Shown: positions 1 to 9,737 of the stretch, in pieces
Layout of the letters: each line of letters begins with the position of its first letter
How positions within the stretch are numbered: the stretch's first letter is position 1
Source of the DNA: Promethearchaeati archaeon SRVP18_Atabeyarchaeia-1
GTDB lineage: Archaea; Asgardarchaeota; Atabeyarchaeia; Atabeyarchaeales; Atabeyarchaeaceae
Direction of reading: 5' to 3'
Length of the DNA stretch: 64,000 nucleotides
Assembly (NCBI GenBank): GCA_037308085.1
Contig: CP147779.1
Span: 2,528,001 to 2,592,000 of the forward strand
Notes under the pieces: model-generated
The model's input: only the letters and a program-made list of their open reading frames with translations
Databases searched by the model: none
What the model was told of the DNA's origin: nothing
Position numbers and translations under genes: made by a program

Positions 1-2
1 TC

Positions 3-359
3 GCTCTTGAACCTGACCCTGCCCGTCTTATGTCCGTTTGCCTTGAGGTGGGCTAGCCCCCTCATGTTGTCGAGAGTTCGGGTGATTATGCTCTGCCTCA
101 TCTGCGAGGACAAGTGGGCTATTCTTCGGGTTTCGAAGTGGTCCTTGACCCTCACCGGGACCTCCTGTACCTCCTTGTAGTCAAGCCAGGCTGGGCTGCC
201 TTGGGATATGATGAAGTTGTATAGCCACTTGGCTTCCAGGAAGAGCAACGCAAGGTGTTCAGTTGTTGCGCGGTTCATGTGTGAGTGGTTCAACTTCACC
301 TGGTACGACTTGCAGGTCTGGCTCCTCCGTTTCTCCCGGGTGATCTTCAGGGAGGCAGC
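3..359 (-). mobile_element. tnpB: TnpB (IS200/IS605 or IS607 OrfB) N-terminal fragment; runs off the left edge and has no start codon or left end
   Basis: My own translation of the minus strand (not in the ORF track): ASLKITREKRRSQTCKSYQVKLNHSHMNRATTEHLALLFLEAKWLYNFII...EVPVRVKDHFETRRIAHLSSQMRQSI...LKANGHKTGRVRFKS. This is the typical OrfB N-terminus (LFLEAKWxYN, LSSQMxQ, GxLxFKS). There is an in-frame TAG just upstream. Confidence 0.8.
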
Positions 360-933
360 CGAGGAACAAGGCGACAAAATCTACCGTATCCTTGATGAAG
401 CTGCGGTCAAGACGCCAGCCAGCTCAAAGGGACTTATTTTCACGCCTTGGCTAAGCGGCGAGAAAACCCCCATCGATAATGACACTATAAGGGGCGGATT
501 CCATAACCTGAGCATTGAACACACAAGGGAACACGCAGTCAGAGCGGTTATGGAGGGCGTAGCCCTCAACATCCGGTGGGCTTTCAGATGTATGGAGAAG
601 AAAATCGGGGAAGCACAGTCGGTCAACTTCGTGGGCGGCGGAGCAATGAGTGAAGCGTGGAGCCAGATAGTTGCTGATGTGCTCAACAGAGAGATAAGAC
701 AGATTGAAAACCCGAGGGAAGCTGGAGCAAGAGGCGCAACTATGATCTCAGCAGTTGCCCTGGGGATATACCGAGACTTCCCGTCAGCAGCTAGAAAGAT
801 GGGAGTGAGCAGAGTCTTCAAGCCAAACCTGAGGAATGCCAGGTTGTATGATAGGCTTTTTGTCGAGTTCAAGAAGCTATACGAAAGCCACAAGAAGATA
901 TGCAGGGACCTGAACCAGCGTATCTCTGCATAA
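351..933 (+). pseudogene. C-terminal half of an FGGY carbohydrate kinase (xylulokinase-like), 5'-truncated at the junction with the tnpB fragment
   Basis: Motifs FTPWLSGEKTP, RAVMEGVA, VGGGAMSEAWSQIVADV and EAGARGA mark the FGGY C-domain. The first ~47 aa of ORF 208..933 are antisense tnpB sequence, and the N-domain is missing. Confidence 0.8.
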
Positions 934-1002
934 ATCCTTATCTGCTTCATATGAGCTACTTGAATCGCATCCTTTCGCAAATTATGTGGAAGATGAGCTA
1001 AC

Positions 1003-1695
1003 TTGATCAAAGCTGTGGTCTTTGACCTTGATGGAACACTATTCGAGTTCGTTCTTGACTATGTGGGCATGAGAAACGCCGTTAGAGATGTCGTAGTAGC
1101 TGAGGGTGTCCCTGCCTCTCTGCTCAAGGGAGACGACAGGATCAGGGATCATGTGAATAAGATGTTAGAATATGCAAAGAGCAATGGATGGCCCGAGGCA
1201 AAGGTCAAACGCACCATGACTGATATCAATGTCGCTATGGATCGATATGAGTGGGACTCGGCTCTGAAGAACTCTCCAATGAACGGAGCGATTGAAGTTC
1301 TGCGAAGCCTAAGAAAGATGAGGTTGAAGATTGGGCTATTGACTAACAATAGCAAGAGAAGTGTCACCTACCTCCTTGAGAAGTATAGTTTCGCGAAGAT
1401 GTTTGACGCTGTCATGACACGTGACGATCTGAGGGATTTCAATGAGCTGAAGCCGAGCCCGGCAGGGCTCAGAAAGGTCCTTGTCAGGCTTCAGGTCAAC
1501 GCGAATGAGGCGTTATTTGTCGGAGACAGTGTGGTAGATGTAAAAGCAGCTGTAAGTGTCGGGGCTACACCTGTTTTCGTAACGACAGGTTACTCCAAGG
1601 AGGAGGAAGTCAAGCAGCTCCAGGCTAGGGTATTGATCATCAATGAGCTAAGCAGTCTCCTGGCTTCTATTAAGGACGTCGACCGGAGTTCTTGA
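1003..1695 (+). CDS. HAD-superfamily hydrolase (phosphoglycolate phosphatase-like)
   Basis: Motif I FDLDGTL, motif II LTNN, KPSP, motif IV VGDSVVD. Confidence 0.9.
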   Translation: MIKAVVFDLDGTLFEFVLDYVGMRNAVRDVVVAEGVPASLLKGDDRIRDHVNKMLEYAKSNGWPEAKVKRTMTDINVAMDRYEWDSALKNSPMNGAIEVLRSLRKMRLKIGLLTNNSKRSVTYLLEKYSFAKMFDAVMTRDDLRDFNELKPSPAGLRKVLVRLQVNANEALFVGDSVVDVKAAVSVGATPVFVTTGYSKEEEVKQLQARVLIINELSSLLASIKDVDRSS

Positions 1696-1802
1696 TTTCG
1701 CCTCACAGTGTCTACTCTAGTTGGCGCCTCATTTTCTTCGATTCATTCTCAGCCCGCTGAAGGCATTCAGTAACGTGATCAAAACCACTACGAAAGGAAT
1801 TG

Positions 1803-2486
1803 CTAGATCAGTTCCTTTTTATCATCAAATGACTTGCTTCTAAAAACTGATTTGATGTAGTCCATGATTACCTTTATCGAGAGCTTTGACTTACCTACTT
1901 TTCTGTTGACAAAGGTATAGTTGACGCTTGTTATCTTCCTGTACCCGTGCTCATGGGTGTAGTGCTGTAGAATCGTGAAGAGAATCTTGTAGCCACGCGG
2001 AGACACCCATCGAGAGTACCTCTCAACGACGGCTTTCCTTGCACCGAAGAATCCACTCATCGGATCGCTAACTTGCCACCTAAAATATGCAAGCTGTGCC
2101 AGTATGCCGGCGGACCTGCTCACTAGATGCCGCTGGAATCCCCATCCTATTGTGCGTTCTCTCCTTGCGACAACGATTTCGTGATCCTTGAGTGCATCTA
2201 TTATCTCGGGTATCAACTCGGGCGGGTGACTTAGATCAGCGTCCATCACTATGATATTTTTGTCTTTTGCTTCGAGGATGCCCCGAATAATCGCGCCGTT
2301 CAGCCCCATTTTGCGGGGCCTAATTATCGTCTTCACCTTTCCGCCGAATTGTTTGGCAATTAAGCCTGTTCCATCTGGGCTATTGTCGTCGACAACTACT
2401 ACTTCGTCTCCATACTTGACGAGCTGCTTCAGAAGAAAGACTATGTTTTCGCGCTCGTTGTAAGTTGCAACGACTATGCTCACCAA
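1803..2486 (-). CDS. GT2 polyprenol-phosphate glycosyltransferase (DPM1-like)
   Basis: SIVVATYNE, VVDDNSPDGT, MDADLSHPP, SDPMSGFF, R..GKSKL. Confidence 0.9.
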   Translation of the reverse strand: MVSIVVATYNERENIVFLLKQLVKYGDEVVVVDDNSPDGTGLIAKQFGGKVKTIIRPRKMGLNGAIIRGILEAKDKNIIVMDADLSHPPELIPEIIDALKDHEIVVARRERTIGWGFQRHLVSRSAGILAQLAYFRWQVSDPMSGFFGARKAVVERYSRWVSPRGYKILFTILQHYTHEHGYRKITSVNYTFVNRKVGKSKLSIKVIMDYIKSVFRSKSFDDKKELI

Positions 2487-2925
2487 TCAGAGGACCTCCG
2501 CGGCCCTCACCGCCCCACTGCGCCTGCCTGCTTCTCGAAATATTCCGGTTATTTGTAGGACATTAACGCATGTATATATAACTATTCGTTCTTAAGAGGG
2601 ACCTCCTGTCAGGTCGTGGTTAGGTAGGTGACTGTTTTCCAAGCTAGGACGATTCCTTCATGCATGCCACTGCCAAGCAAAAGGCATCATCCTTCACGGT
2701 CTGAAGAGACTACTATTCAGGGTGAAAGCGATGTTACGACCAGTCACTACTCTCTGTGGTTGCCTCCAAAAGCTTATAGGCTTATAACCGATAGGTGAGA
2801 AATGTACAGTTGTGAAGGCTCGCGAGAAGTTTTTTGATGCACAACCGGCGAATGAGATTTGAACTGCACCCGAGGAGGAGCGTTTTCTCCGTTGCTATTC
2901 ACTCGATGATCGGGGGTCAATCGGA

Positions 2926-3837
2926 ATGATGTCTGTTTCGATTGGAATTCCAGCACACAATGAGGAAAATAACATTGGGGTGCTTCTCTGCAACTTGTCG
3001 AAGCAGAAGCTTTCCGATGGTTTTTCGCTGAGCGAGATAGTCGTCGTCGCCAGCGGATGCACCGACCACACCGAGGATATCGTGAAGAAAGCAATAGAAT
3101 CCGATCCCAGAGTTAGACTCATCGTTGAAAAAGAGAGAAACGGGAAAGCCTCCGCGATCAATATACTGCTCGAGCAGTGCAAGTCTGAAGTGCTGGTTAT
3201 GGAGCCGGCGGATACTCTTCCCCACGATGGCAGTCTCTACAAGCTCGTTAAGCCCTTCAATGACAAGCATGTTGGTGCGGTCGGAGGAAGGCCCGTACCA
3301 ATCAACCCGGAGAACTCGGTGATAGGTTATATTCCACATGTAATCTGGGATCTGCACCACTACATTGCTCAATCAGAAGACAGTGCAGACAAGTACTTCC
3401 ACATCTCAGGAGAGTTCTGCGCCATAAGGACCGGGATCATTCGCAGGATTCCTACAGATATTGTGAACGATGATGCCTACATCGGGCTACAGATCTGGAA
3501 AGCCGGGTACAGAGTTGTCTATGCACCTGAGGCGACTGCAACCATGAAAGGCCCAACAAATGTCTCGGACATATTGTCTCAGAGAAGAAGAGTGATTTCC
3601 GGGCATATGCAGCTGGAGAAGGAGCATGATGCTTACATAACCTCAATCAATTCAAGCCAGATAATCAAGATCCTTCCCAAAGTGATTAGACTTCGACCGA
3701 AGAAGCTTCTTGGAACGATAGTGGGAGTGGGTCTCGAGGCGTACTCTCATGTTCTTGCTAGGCGAGATCTCTCAAACGGTAAGGCTCACCATAAATGGAG
3801 TATGGTGTCTTCAACCAAGACATTGATAGCGAGGTGA
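2926..3837 (+). CDS. GT2 family glycosyltransferase
   Basis: IGIPAHNEE, SGCTDHT, GKASAIN, xAD, NDD and QRRR (QxxRW-like) motifs. Confidence 0.88.
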   Translation: MMSVSIGIPAHNEENNIGVLLCNLSKQKLSDGFSLSEIVVVASGCTDHTEDIVKKAIESDPRVRLIVEKERNGKASAINILLEQCKSEVLVMEPADTLPHDGSLYKLVKPFNDKHVGAVGGRPVPINPENSVIGYIPHVIWDLHHYIAQSEDSADKYFHISGEFCAIRTGIIRRIPTDIVNDDAYIGLQIWKAGYRVVYAPEATATMKGPTNVSDILSQRRRVISGHMQLEKEHDAYITSINSSQIIKILPKVIRLRPKKLLGTIVGVGLEAYSHVLARRDLSNGKAHHKWSMVSSTKTLIAR

Positions 3838-3869
3838 GAGCTCTACCGCGCAACGCGGGGAAGGCTTCA

Positions 3870-6800
3870 ATGAAGAGATTCACCAAACCGTTTCTTAAGA
3901 GACTGCTGAGCTCATGGCACTTCAAAGTGTTCCTCTGCAACCTTGCTGTTCTTCTGGTGCTGAGCTCCTTTAATTACTGGATAGAGGTTGGGGCAATTCC
4001 CAACAATGATGACTCGATTCTCTACATAGTTCATGCTTTTGCGCTCAAGAACTCGCTCCTACGGTATTTGGTGTTTCCCAGCATAGACATGATGCAGTAC
4101 GCGGGAATCCCTGTTCTTGGAGTTGGACCACTCGTACCCTTTATTCCTCTTACACTAGTCGCTCTGCTTACAGGTGAAGTGTTTGCCTATAAGCTTCTGA
4201 CTATCCTCATGCTGGCAGCGGCAGGAGGAGCCATGAGCTATTACGTTTACTCTCTGGCGCACAGCCGGATAGCCAGTTTTGTTGCAGGAGCCATCTACGT
4301 CTGGAACCCTCCAATGTTCATCACCGCGGTAATCGCAGGGCACCTTGATCTTACCTGGAGCTACATGCTCATACCGCTGGTATTCCTCACGACTTCGCGA
4401 GCCCTCAGCAGAACCAGCTCCCTCAATTTGGGTATTGCTGGGGCGTTATTCGGGCTACTGCTTTTTGGAGAGGCGCAGACCCTGCTACTAGTGGGACCCT
4501 TCTACTTGATCTATGCTTTACTGATCGGAGTGATCCTTCCATCTGTAAGGGCTTCAAGTGACCCTCAGACTCTTGTTGCATTACTCGCCAAGAAACTTGG
4601 AACCCTTGCAATTATTGTGTTACTAGGTTTCGCGCTGGCGGCAATTCGCCTACTCCCACTCATCTATGAGACCACCTATCTATATTCAGATGTGTCAGCC
4701 AGTGGCGTCATCCTGCAGTTGATGCAATACAGTTCGCCGAGTGTTTTTCACGCCCTCTTGATGATCACTAGTGGGTATGAATCGCTTTCTAGTCCATTTA
4801 TGACTGTAGTCCCCATTCTGCTAGCGCTTATTGTCACAGGGTTATTCCTTGCCGCCATTATTTTCATGCAAAGTTTCCGCAGCGATTCAACAGTAGTTTG
4901 CTTCTTCCTGTGCATTTTGGCAGGATTCTTCTCTGCAGGACCGCTAGCACCTCAGTTCTTTCAGCCATTCATGTGGCTATTCTACCACGTACCTTTTTAC
5001 GGTGAGGTCAGGACGCCAGGAAGATTCGATATAATGGTCGCGTTTTTCTGGTCTATTCTTATTGGAATTGCTGCAAAGAATATCTATGGACATTTCTCAG
5101 GAACAGCGTCAAGGGCTTCGCCCGCGTCAATGTCAAAAGGAATATTCGGATCAAGAGAGAAAAGTGATTCGCCGAGAAATCGCAGCGATTGGGATCACAC
5201 TAGGATCAGGGTTGTGGGATCCTTATTCATTATCTTGATGGTCAGCACTGCTCCGCTTCTAGCCCCAAGCTTCACTACTTATTCTTTCTCGCCACAACTA
5301 GCGGGCGCTTATCAAACCATTATGGAACAACAGGGAGATTTCAGGTTTGTAGGATTCCCCATTGCAACATACTACCCAAGAGAAGTCTATGGAATGTTGA
5401 CTAATCCAGACTGCTATGCAACGATTCTGACTGGAAAAGGAAATCTGTTTGGCGATGGAAGTGGAGCCTCCAAATACCTGGTTGATTTCCTGTACTACTA
5501 CCTGAATTCACTTGTCAGCTCCAACGTCTCTTGTTCGATTGGAAAACTGCTGGGCCTATACAACGTTAAGTGGGTTATAGTACACAGACCGATGCTACAA
5601 AGCAACGCTAGCGGGAGTCTTCTATCAGATCCCACTCTCAAAGTGATCTATTCCTCACCGGACAATTCCGAAATCGTGCTTGAGAACATCGAACAACCAT
5701 ATCCGCTCGTATACGAAGCGAGCAGTATCCTATTGCTGGGGGGAGCAGATTCCCTGCCGGCCCTAGTGAGTTTAGACCAGTTCGACCTCAACTCTACGCC
5801 ACGATGGGCGTTTATCCCTGCATATCAGCTTGGCTCCTTCAGCATCACCGAGGACTTCATCTCGAAGCTTGATGCCGTTGGTTTTCGCGAGTGCGATCTT
5901 ACGAGCGTTTTTGCCCTAGATCATGGTACCCCTGCGGCTGGGCTGTTGTCGTCAACTGGAGCTGCAAACAATGGGTGGCGGAGGATGGATTTTGGAGGCC
6001 TCCTTGGAAGATTCATTCCTAGGAACTTCACTGGAATCGGAGAGGACTTGGACAGAAGCTCTAGCAGCATGACTGGGTCATATATTTCGGCAGCTGGAAA
6101 CGCCGATCTTAGCTTCAACATGAACATAGAGAATGGCGGGGAATATGAGCTCTGGGCTAGGACATGGTTCTCCAAAAATGTCGGCAACATCTCCTTGACC
6201 ATTGATGAATCCACGCCAATGGTCCGTCAGATGGCTATACCAAGCGATGCTTGGCAGTTCGGATGGCATTGGACCAATTGCGGAACCTATAACTTCAGTC
6301 TCGGGGTTCATAGTCTGATCATAAGGAATACTGGAGGAACCAGTAGTCTGGATTCCTTGATGGTTGCCCCGAGGGGTTCACTAGGCAACTTCACAGACTA
6401 CTTCGCGAGCCTTCTTGAGAGGCATCAGGTCAGTTCGATCTATGTCCTTGATGCCCACACTTCATTTGGGTCTGTGGACGACTCGTGGTCTCCTTCAATA
6501 GCATGGAGAGGCAATACGAGCACGGGAAGATGCCTATCGACTGCAATAGACGGGGCTGACGCAAGCGCCAGGATCCTTGTACCCGTGCAGGGGAACTATA
6601 CGATTGCCATACGCCTTCTTCAGCGCGAACTGAGAGGTAACATGACCATTTACTTGGATGGCCTTAAGCTGCTTGATTTTAGACCTCAGGGAGATGAAGG
6701 TTGGGTCACCCGCATTGTTAGCGTGTCAAGCTCTGTTTCCGCAGGATACCACAACCTGACCATGGCTAACAGCGGCGTATCGGGAAACGATGTAGATAAG

Positions 6801-7214
6801 ATTATTATGACCCAAGCATCCAACGGAGGCAACTTAACGAGTTTCTTCGCACGAGAACCCAGCGGAGAAGTCGTTGCGTTGAAGGAGCTGTCTCCTGGTT
6901 TGTACAATGCCTCAATTGAGCTGAAGAAGCCTTCGCTTGTGGTGATGAATGCAGCGTTCCATCCTAGCTGGCATGCCTCTGGCAACACTTCAGAATACGT
7001 GGCTGTGCCAACAAACTACTTCGTTAATGGCTTCTACATTAACAATGCTGGGAGGCTAGCATTGATCATATCATTCGGTCAAACCCCACCAAGGATCCTT
7101 GGGTTCATGCTAACCAGTTTCGCCTCAATCGTCTTGGTGGTCATGGTCGCCTATGGCAAGTTTGCGCTAAGGAAGAATGTCAGGAAGCGCTCCACGGGCA
7201 CGACGCGTCGCTAG
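3870..7214 (+). CDS. Large multi-pass GT-C/YfhO-like membrane protein with extracellular carbohydrate-binding-like beta domains and a C-terminal TM anchor (start uncertain: 3795/3834/3870)
   Basis: About 12 hydrophobic helices, DD in the first loop (NNDDS), RTPGRF, LGLYNVKWVIVH. Two CBM-like repeats (GEYELWAR...GVHSLIIRN; GNYTIAIR...GYHNLTMAN) and a YfhO-like tail (FHPSW..A...NYFVNGFYI). Confidence 0.7.
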   Translation: MKRFTKPFLKRLLSSWHFKVFLCNLAVLLVLSSFNYWIEVGAIPNNDDSILYIVHAFALKNSLLRYLVFPSIDMMQYAGIPVLGVGPLVPFIPLTLVALLTGEVFAYKLLTILMLAAAGGAMSYYVYSLAHSRIASFVAGAIYVWNPPMFITAVIAGHLDLTWSYMLIPLVFLTTSRALSRTSSLNLGIAGALFGLLLFGEAQTLLLVGPFYLIYALLIGVILPSVRASSDPQTLVALLAKKLGTLAIIVLLGFALAAIRLLPLIYETTYLYSDVSASGVILQLMQYSSPSVFHALLMITSGYESLSSPFMTVVPILLALIVTGLFLAAIIFMQSFRSDSTVVCFFLCILAGFFSAGPLAPQFFQPFMWLFYHVPFYGEVRTPGRFDIMVAFFWSILIGIAAKNIYGHFSGTASRASPASMSKGIFGSREKSDSPRNRSDWDHTRIRVVGSLFIILMVSTAPLLAPSFTTYSFSPQLAGAYQTIMEQQGDFRFVGFPIATYYPREVYGMLTNPDCYATILTGKGNLFGDGSGASKYLVDFLYYYLNSLVSSNVSCSIGKLLGLYNVKWVIVHRPMLQSNASGSLLSDPTLKVIYSSPDNSEIVLENIEQPYPLVYEASSILLLGGADSLPALVSLDQFDLNSTPRWAFIPAYQLGSFSITEDFISKLDAVGFRECDLTSVFALDHGTPAAGLLSSTGAANNGWRRMDFGGLLGRFIPRNFTGIGEDLDRSSSSMTGSYISAAGNADLSFNMNIENGGEYELWARTWFSKNVGNISLTIDESTPMVRQMAIPSDAWQFGWHWTNCGTYNFSLGVHSLIIRNTGGTSSLDSLMVAPRGSLGNFTDYFASLLERHQVSSIYVLDAHTSFGSVDDSWSPSIAWRGNTSTGRCLSTAIDGADASARILVPVQGNYTIAIRLLQRELRGNMTIYLDGLKLLDFRPQGDEGWVTRIVSVSSSVSAGYHNLTMANSGVSGNDVDKIIMTQASNGGNLTSFFAREPSGEVVALKELSPGLYNASIELKKPSLVVMNAAFHPSWHASGNTSEYVAVPTNYFVNGFYINNAGRLALIISFGQTPPRILGFMLTSFASIVLVVMVAYGKFALRKNVRKRSTGTTRR

Positions 7215-7268
7215 ACGCCTTTCACCATTTTTTTGCCGGCGCACTTTTTGGAGGACCTTTCTTCACGG

Positions 7269-8285
7269 TCACCTCTTCTTTGGTTCTGTAGAGCTGCTAA
7301 GGCTGAACGATGCGCCTGTCTTGATTGACACTGTGCCTCCTATTAGCATCGGTATCCAGAAGCTGACCACACGATCGAGCAGAACCACGGCGGCGGCAAG
7401 CGCTGGGGAGGAGATACCGACGATGTAGATGACGAACGCGGTCTGGCCAAACTCCACTGCTCCTATGCCACCAGGAGTTATCGGGACCATCCCCCAAGCG
7501 TCGGAGATGAACGTCGCAGTGGCTACTAGTGCCAAAGGGGGGTACAGCCCCATAGACATGAAGACCACGTAGAACTTTGGGAAATTGAGCAGCCAGATGA
7601 CTAAGCTCAGTAAGACTACCCCGAGGAGCACCTTCTTCCTCGAGGCGAAGTCTGTGAAGGAGGAGCCGAGGTCCTGTGCGAATCCCTTCGTCTCCTTTGC
7701 GTGTTTTGACCCAAACAGTCTGGTGAAAACCCCAGCTACAAATGATTGTTTCTTGATGCAGAGTATCGCGAACACTGCAAGTCCGTGCGCTAGGGCGACA
7801 CCCAGAATTATGGATAGGGTGACCCAATTTGCAGAAGAAACGAATCCAAGAGTCTGAGAGACCAGGAGTAGTGAAAGTATTACCAGAACGACGATGACAG
7901 TCGTGTCGAGGATTCTTTCGATGACCAGTGAGGCGAAACCTTTGCCTAGGGGGCAGTTGTTCTGTTTCCTTACGGCAAAAGCACGGACTATGTCGCCGAC
8001 CTTTGCAGGAACCAACCCATTGGCAAACCATCCCAGGTATATAAGTCCCCAGCTGTTCGCGGTACTGATTCTGTTTCCACTGGTCTCGAGTATGTACTTC
8101 CATCTCACGCCACGGAGGAGAACCGAGAAGGAGTGCATAAAAGCAGCTATGGCAAGAAGCGGAATATTGACTGACACCAAGTTGGCGACTATCTGTTCGA
8201 CTCCGATGTACCATAGCATTAGGATGAGCAGCAGAAACGCGACGATGTATAGCAGTATACTCTTCTTGTTCAACGTCTTATCCAC
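7269..8285 (-). CDS. Lysylphosphatidylglycerol synthase TM / UPF0104 flippase-like membrane protein
   Basis: RGVRW, FANGLVPAKVGDIVRA, ERILD, PITPGGIGAVE, LLDRVVSFW. Confidence 0.9.
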   Translation of the reverse strand: MDKTLNKKSILLYIVAFLLLILMLWYIGVEQIVANLVSVNIPLLAIAAFMHSFSVLLRGVRWKYILETSGNRISTANSWGLIYLGWFANGLVPAKVGDIVRAFAVRKQNNCPLGKGFASLVIERILDTTVIVVLVILSLLLVSQTLGFVSSANWVTLSIILGVALAHGLAVFAILCIKKQSFVAGVFTRLFGSKHAKETKGFAQDLGSSFTDFASRKKVLLGVVLLSLVIWLLNFPKFYVVFMSMGLYPPLALVATATFISDAWGMVPITPGGIGAVEFGQTAFVIYIVGISSPALAAAVVLLDRVVSFWIPMLIGGTVSIKTGASFSLSSSTEPKKR

Positions 8286-8297
8286 TCCAGCCTTGTT

Positions 8298-9644
8298 CTA
8301 TTCGATTGCGCTTTGCCTGCATGCCATTTCGCAGAACTTGTCTACACATCTTATGCATTTCCTAGTATCGAGTTTCACGGTGCCTTTGCTGATCGAGATA
8401 GCGCCAGCCGGACACATAGTGATGCACTCGCCACACTTCACGCAATTTTCAACTATCAGCTTTGGCGGAGACCGGAGTCTCGGTCCGAAGAACTCACGCA
8501 CGCCTTTCATCCGACTCATGCGGGTAGTGATAATTGCCTTGTCTCTGCAGACCTCCGCGCAAACCATGCACCCTATGCATTTGCTTAGGTCTATCTGCAT
8601 GGTCTTCACGTCTATGCCATTTGTAGGGCAGACCTGCACACATTCGGCGCACTTTGTGCACTTCGCCCCCAAGATCGCTGGAACGTCTCTCATCAGCCTG
8701 GCTCTAATTGGAAGAACGTCGCCCCCGAGAGTGAGCTTTGAGTAGAGAAGATAATTCATTGTGAAGATGATGCGCTCGACTAGACGGAAGATGCGCGATC
8801 TTGAAGGCAAGCTGAACTTCCTTGGTTTGAGGTTGCCGAGAACCTCAGCCTCACCTCCAGCATGCGGGAGCTGTTGCTTCGCGAGTTGGAGGTGCAGGAC
8901 CTCATTGGGGTTTACGCCCATGGCTTTGCACGCGACTTCGTCTACGTGGACTGGGTTCCGCCCAGCTATAATGATCCCAGTGTTGATTGCTGTCCCGAGC
9001 GCAGGACCGTTTCCCTCCATGGAGAGCAAGCCGTCGACCACTATCAGATCGGATCTAATCACTTTGTTTAGATCTGCGAGAGCTTGGTTAAGGTTGAATA
9101 TGTGCGCCCATTGCTTCTTGTTCCGGGGGAGGTATCCTAACACGTTTTTTAGTGATAGCGTGGTTGTGGTTAACTCGTGGGTTTTCATTTTCGGGATGTT
9201 GATTATGGCGTCAGCTTCACCTACTATCTGGGGGAGCTTGACCCTCTTCACTATGACACCTCCAGGGACTTTGCACTCCGTTAGTGGCGCCTTGTCGAAG
9301 TTTACTACTCTGGCGCCTATTTTGCTCGCTAGACGCCTGACTCCAAGAATGAAGAAGGTCAGGTCTTGGTCATAGCCTATACTTGAACTCTCTCCGATGA
9401 TGGGCTTGCCTTTCTCGGTTATTACTTCACTAACTATTTCTTCCAGGATCGTGAGGTCAGTTGTGATTCCAGAGTAGGAAGTTCTGGGTACGACGAGGTT
9501 TGGCTTGATTAGAACCAAGTCACCATTGTGGACAATAGAAGACATGCCTCCAACCCTGTCAATGGCTTTCCTAGTGGCCAGAGCTATCTCCCCCTTGTCA
9601 AAGGAGTCTGACACGTTGACAACTGAAACTCTGTTATCCGGCAA
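8298..9644 (-). CDS. DUF362 protein with C-terminal multi-[4Fe-4S] ferredoxin domains
   Basis: VLIKPNLV, INIPKMKTH, TLSLKN, VDGLLSMEGNGP, followed by repeated CxxCxxCxxxCP-type motifs. Confidence 0.9.
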   Translation of the reverse strand: MPDNRVSVVNVSDSFDKGEIALATRKAIDRVGGMSSIVHNGDLVLIKPNLVVPRTSYSGITTDLTILEEIVSEVITEKGKPIIGESSSIGYDQDLTFFILGVRRLASKIGARVVNFDKAPLTECKVPGGVIVKRVKLPQIVGEADAIINIPKMKTHELTTTTLSLKNVLGYLPRNKKQWAHIFNLNQALADLNKVIRSDLIVVDGLLSMEGNGPALGTAINTGIIIAGRNPVHVDEVACKAMGVNPNEVLHLQLAKQQLPHAGGEAEVLGNLKPRKFSLPSRSRIFRLVERIIFTMNYLLYSKLTLGGDVLPIRARLMRDVPAILGAKCTKCAECVQVCPTNGIDVKTMQIDLSKCIGCMVCAEVCRDKAIITTRMSRMKGVREFFGPRLRSPPKLIVENCVKCGECITMCPAGAISISKGTVKLDTRKCIRCVDKFCEMACRQSAIE

Positions 9645-9737
9645 TGGATCCTTCGAAATATGTGACTCCTCCTTTGATCTGTGTGAGGCGACAGCTCTCG
9701 CCCAAAAAGTGTATTGACATAGCCCCGTGTTTGTTCC

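Noticed and set aside
208-350. N-terminal 47 aa of ORF 208..933
   Set aside because: It is antisense to the tnpB fragment and not kinase-like.
2612-2747. Crossed complementary segments (GGTCGT/ACGACC and GTGACTG/CAGTCAC) suggesting a pseudoknotted RNA
   Set aside because: The stems are only 6-7 bp in a divergent promoter region, which is compatible with chance; no known RNA family was recognised.
7297-8745. Long alternative ORFs 7297..8214 (-) and 7894..8745 (+)
   Set aside because: They overlap well-supported genes and have no motifs; shadow ORFs.
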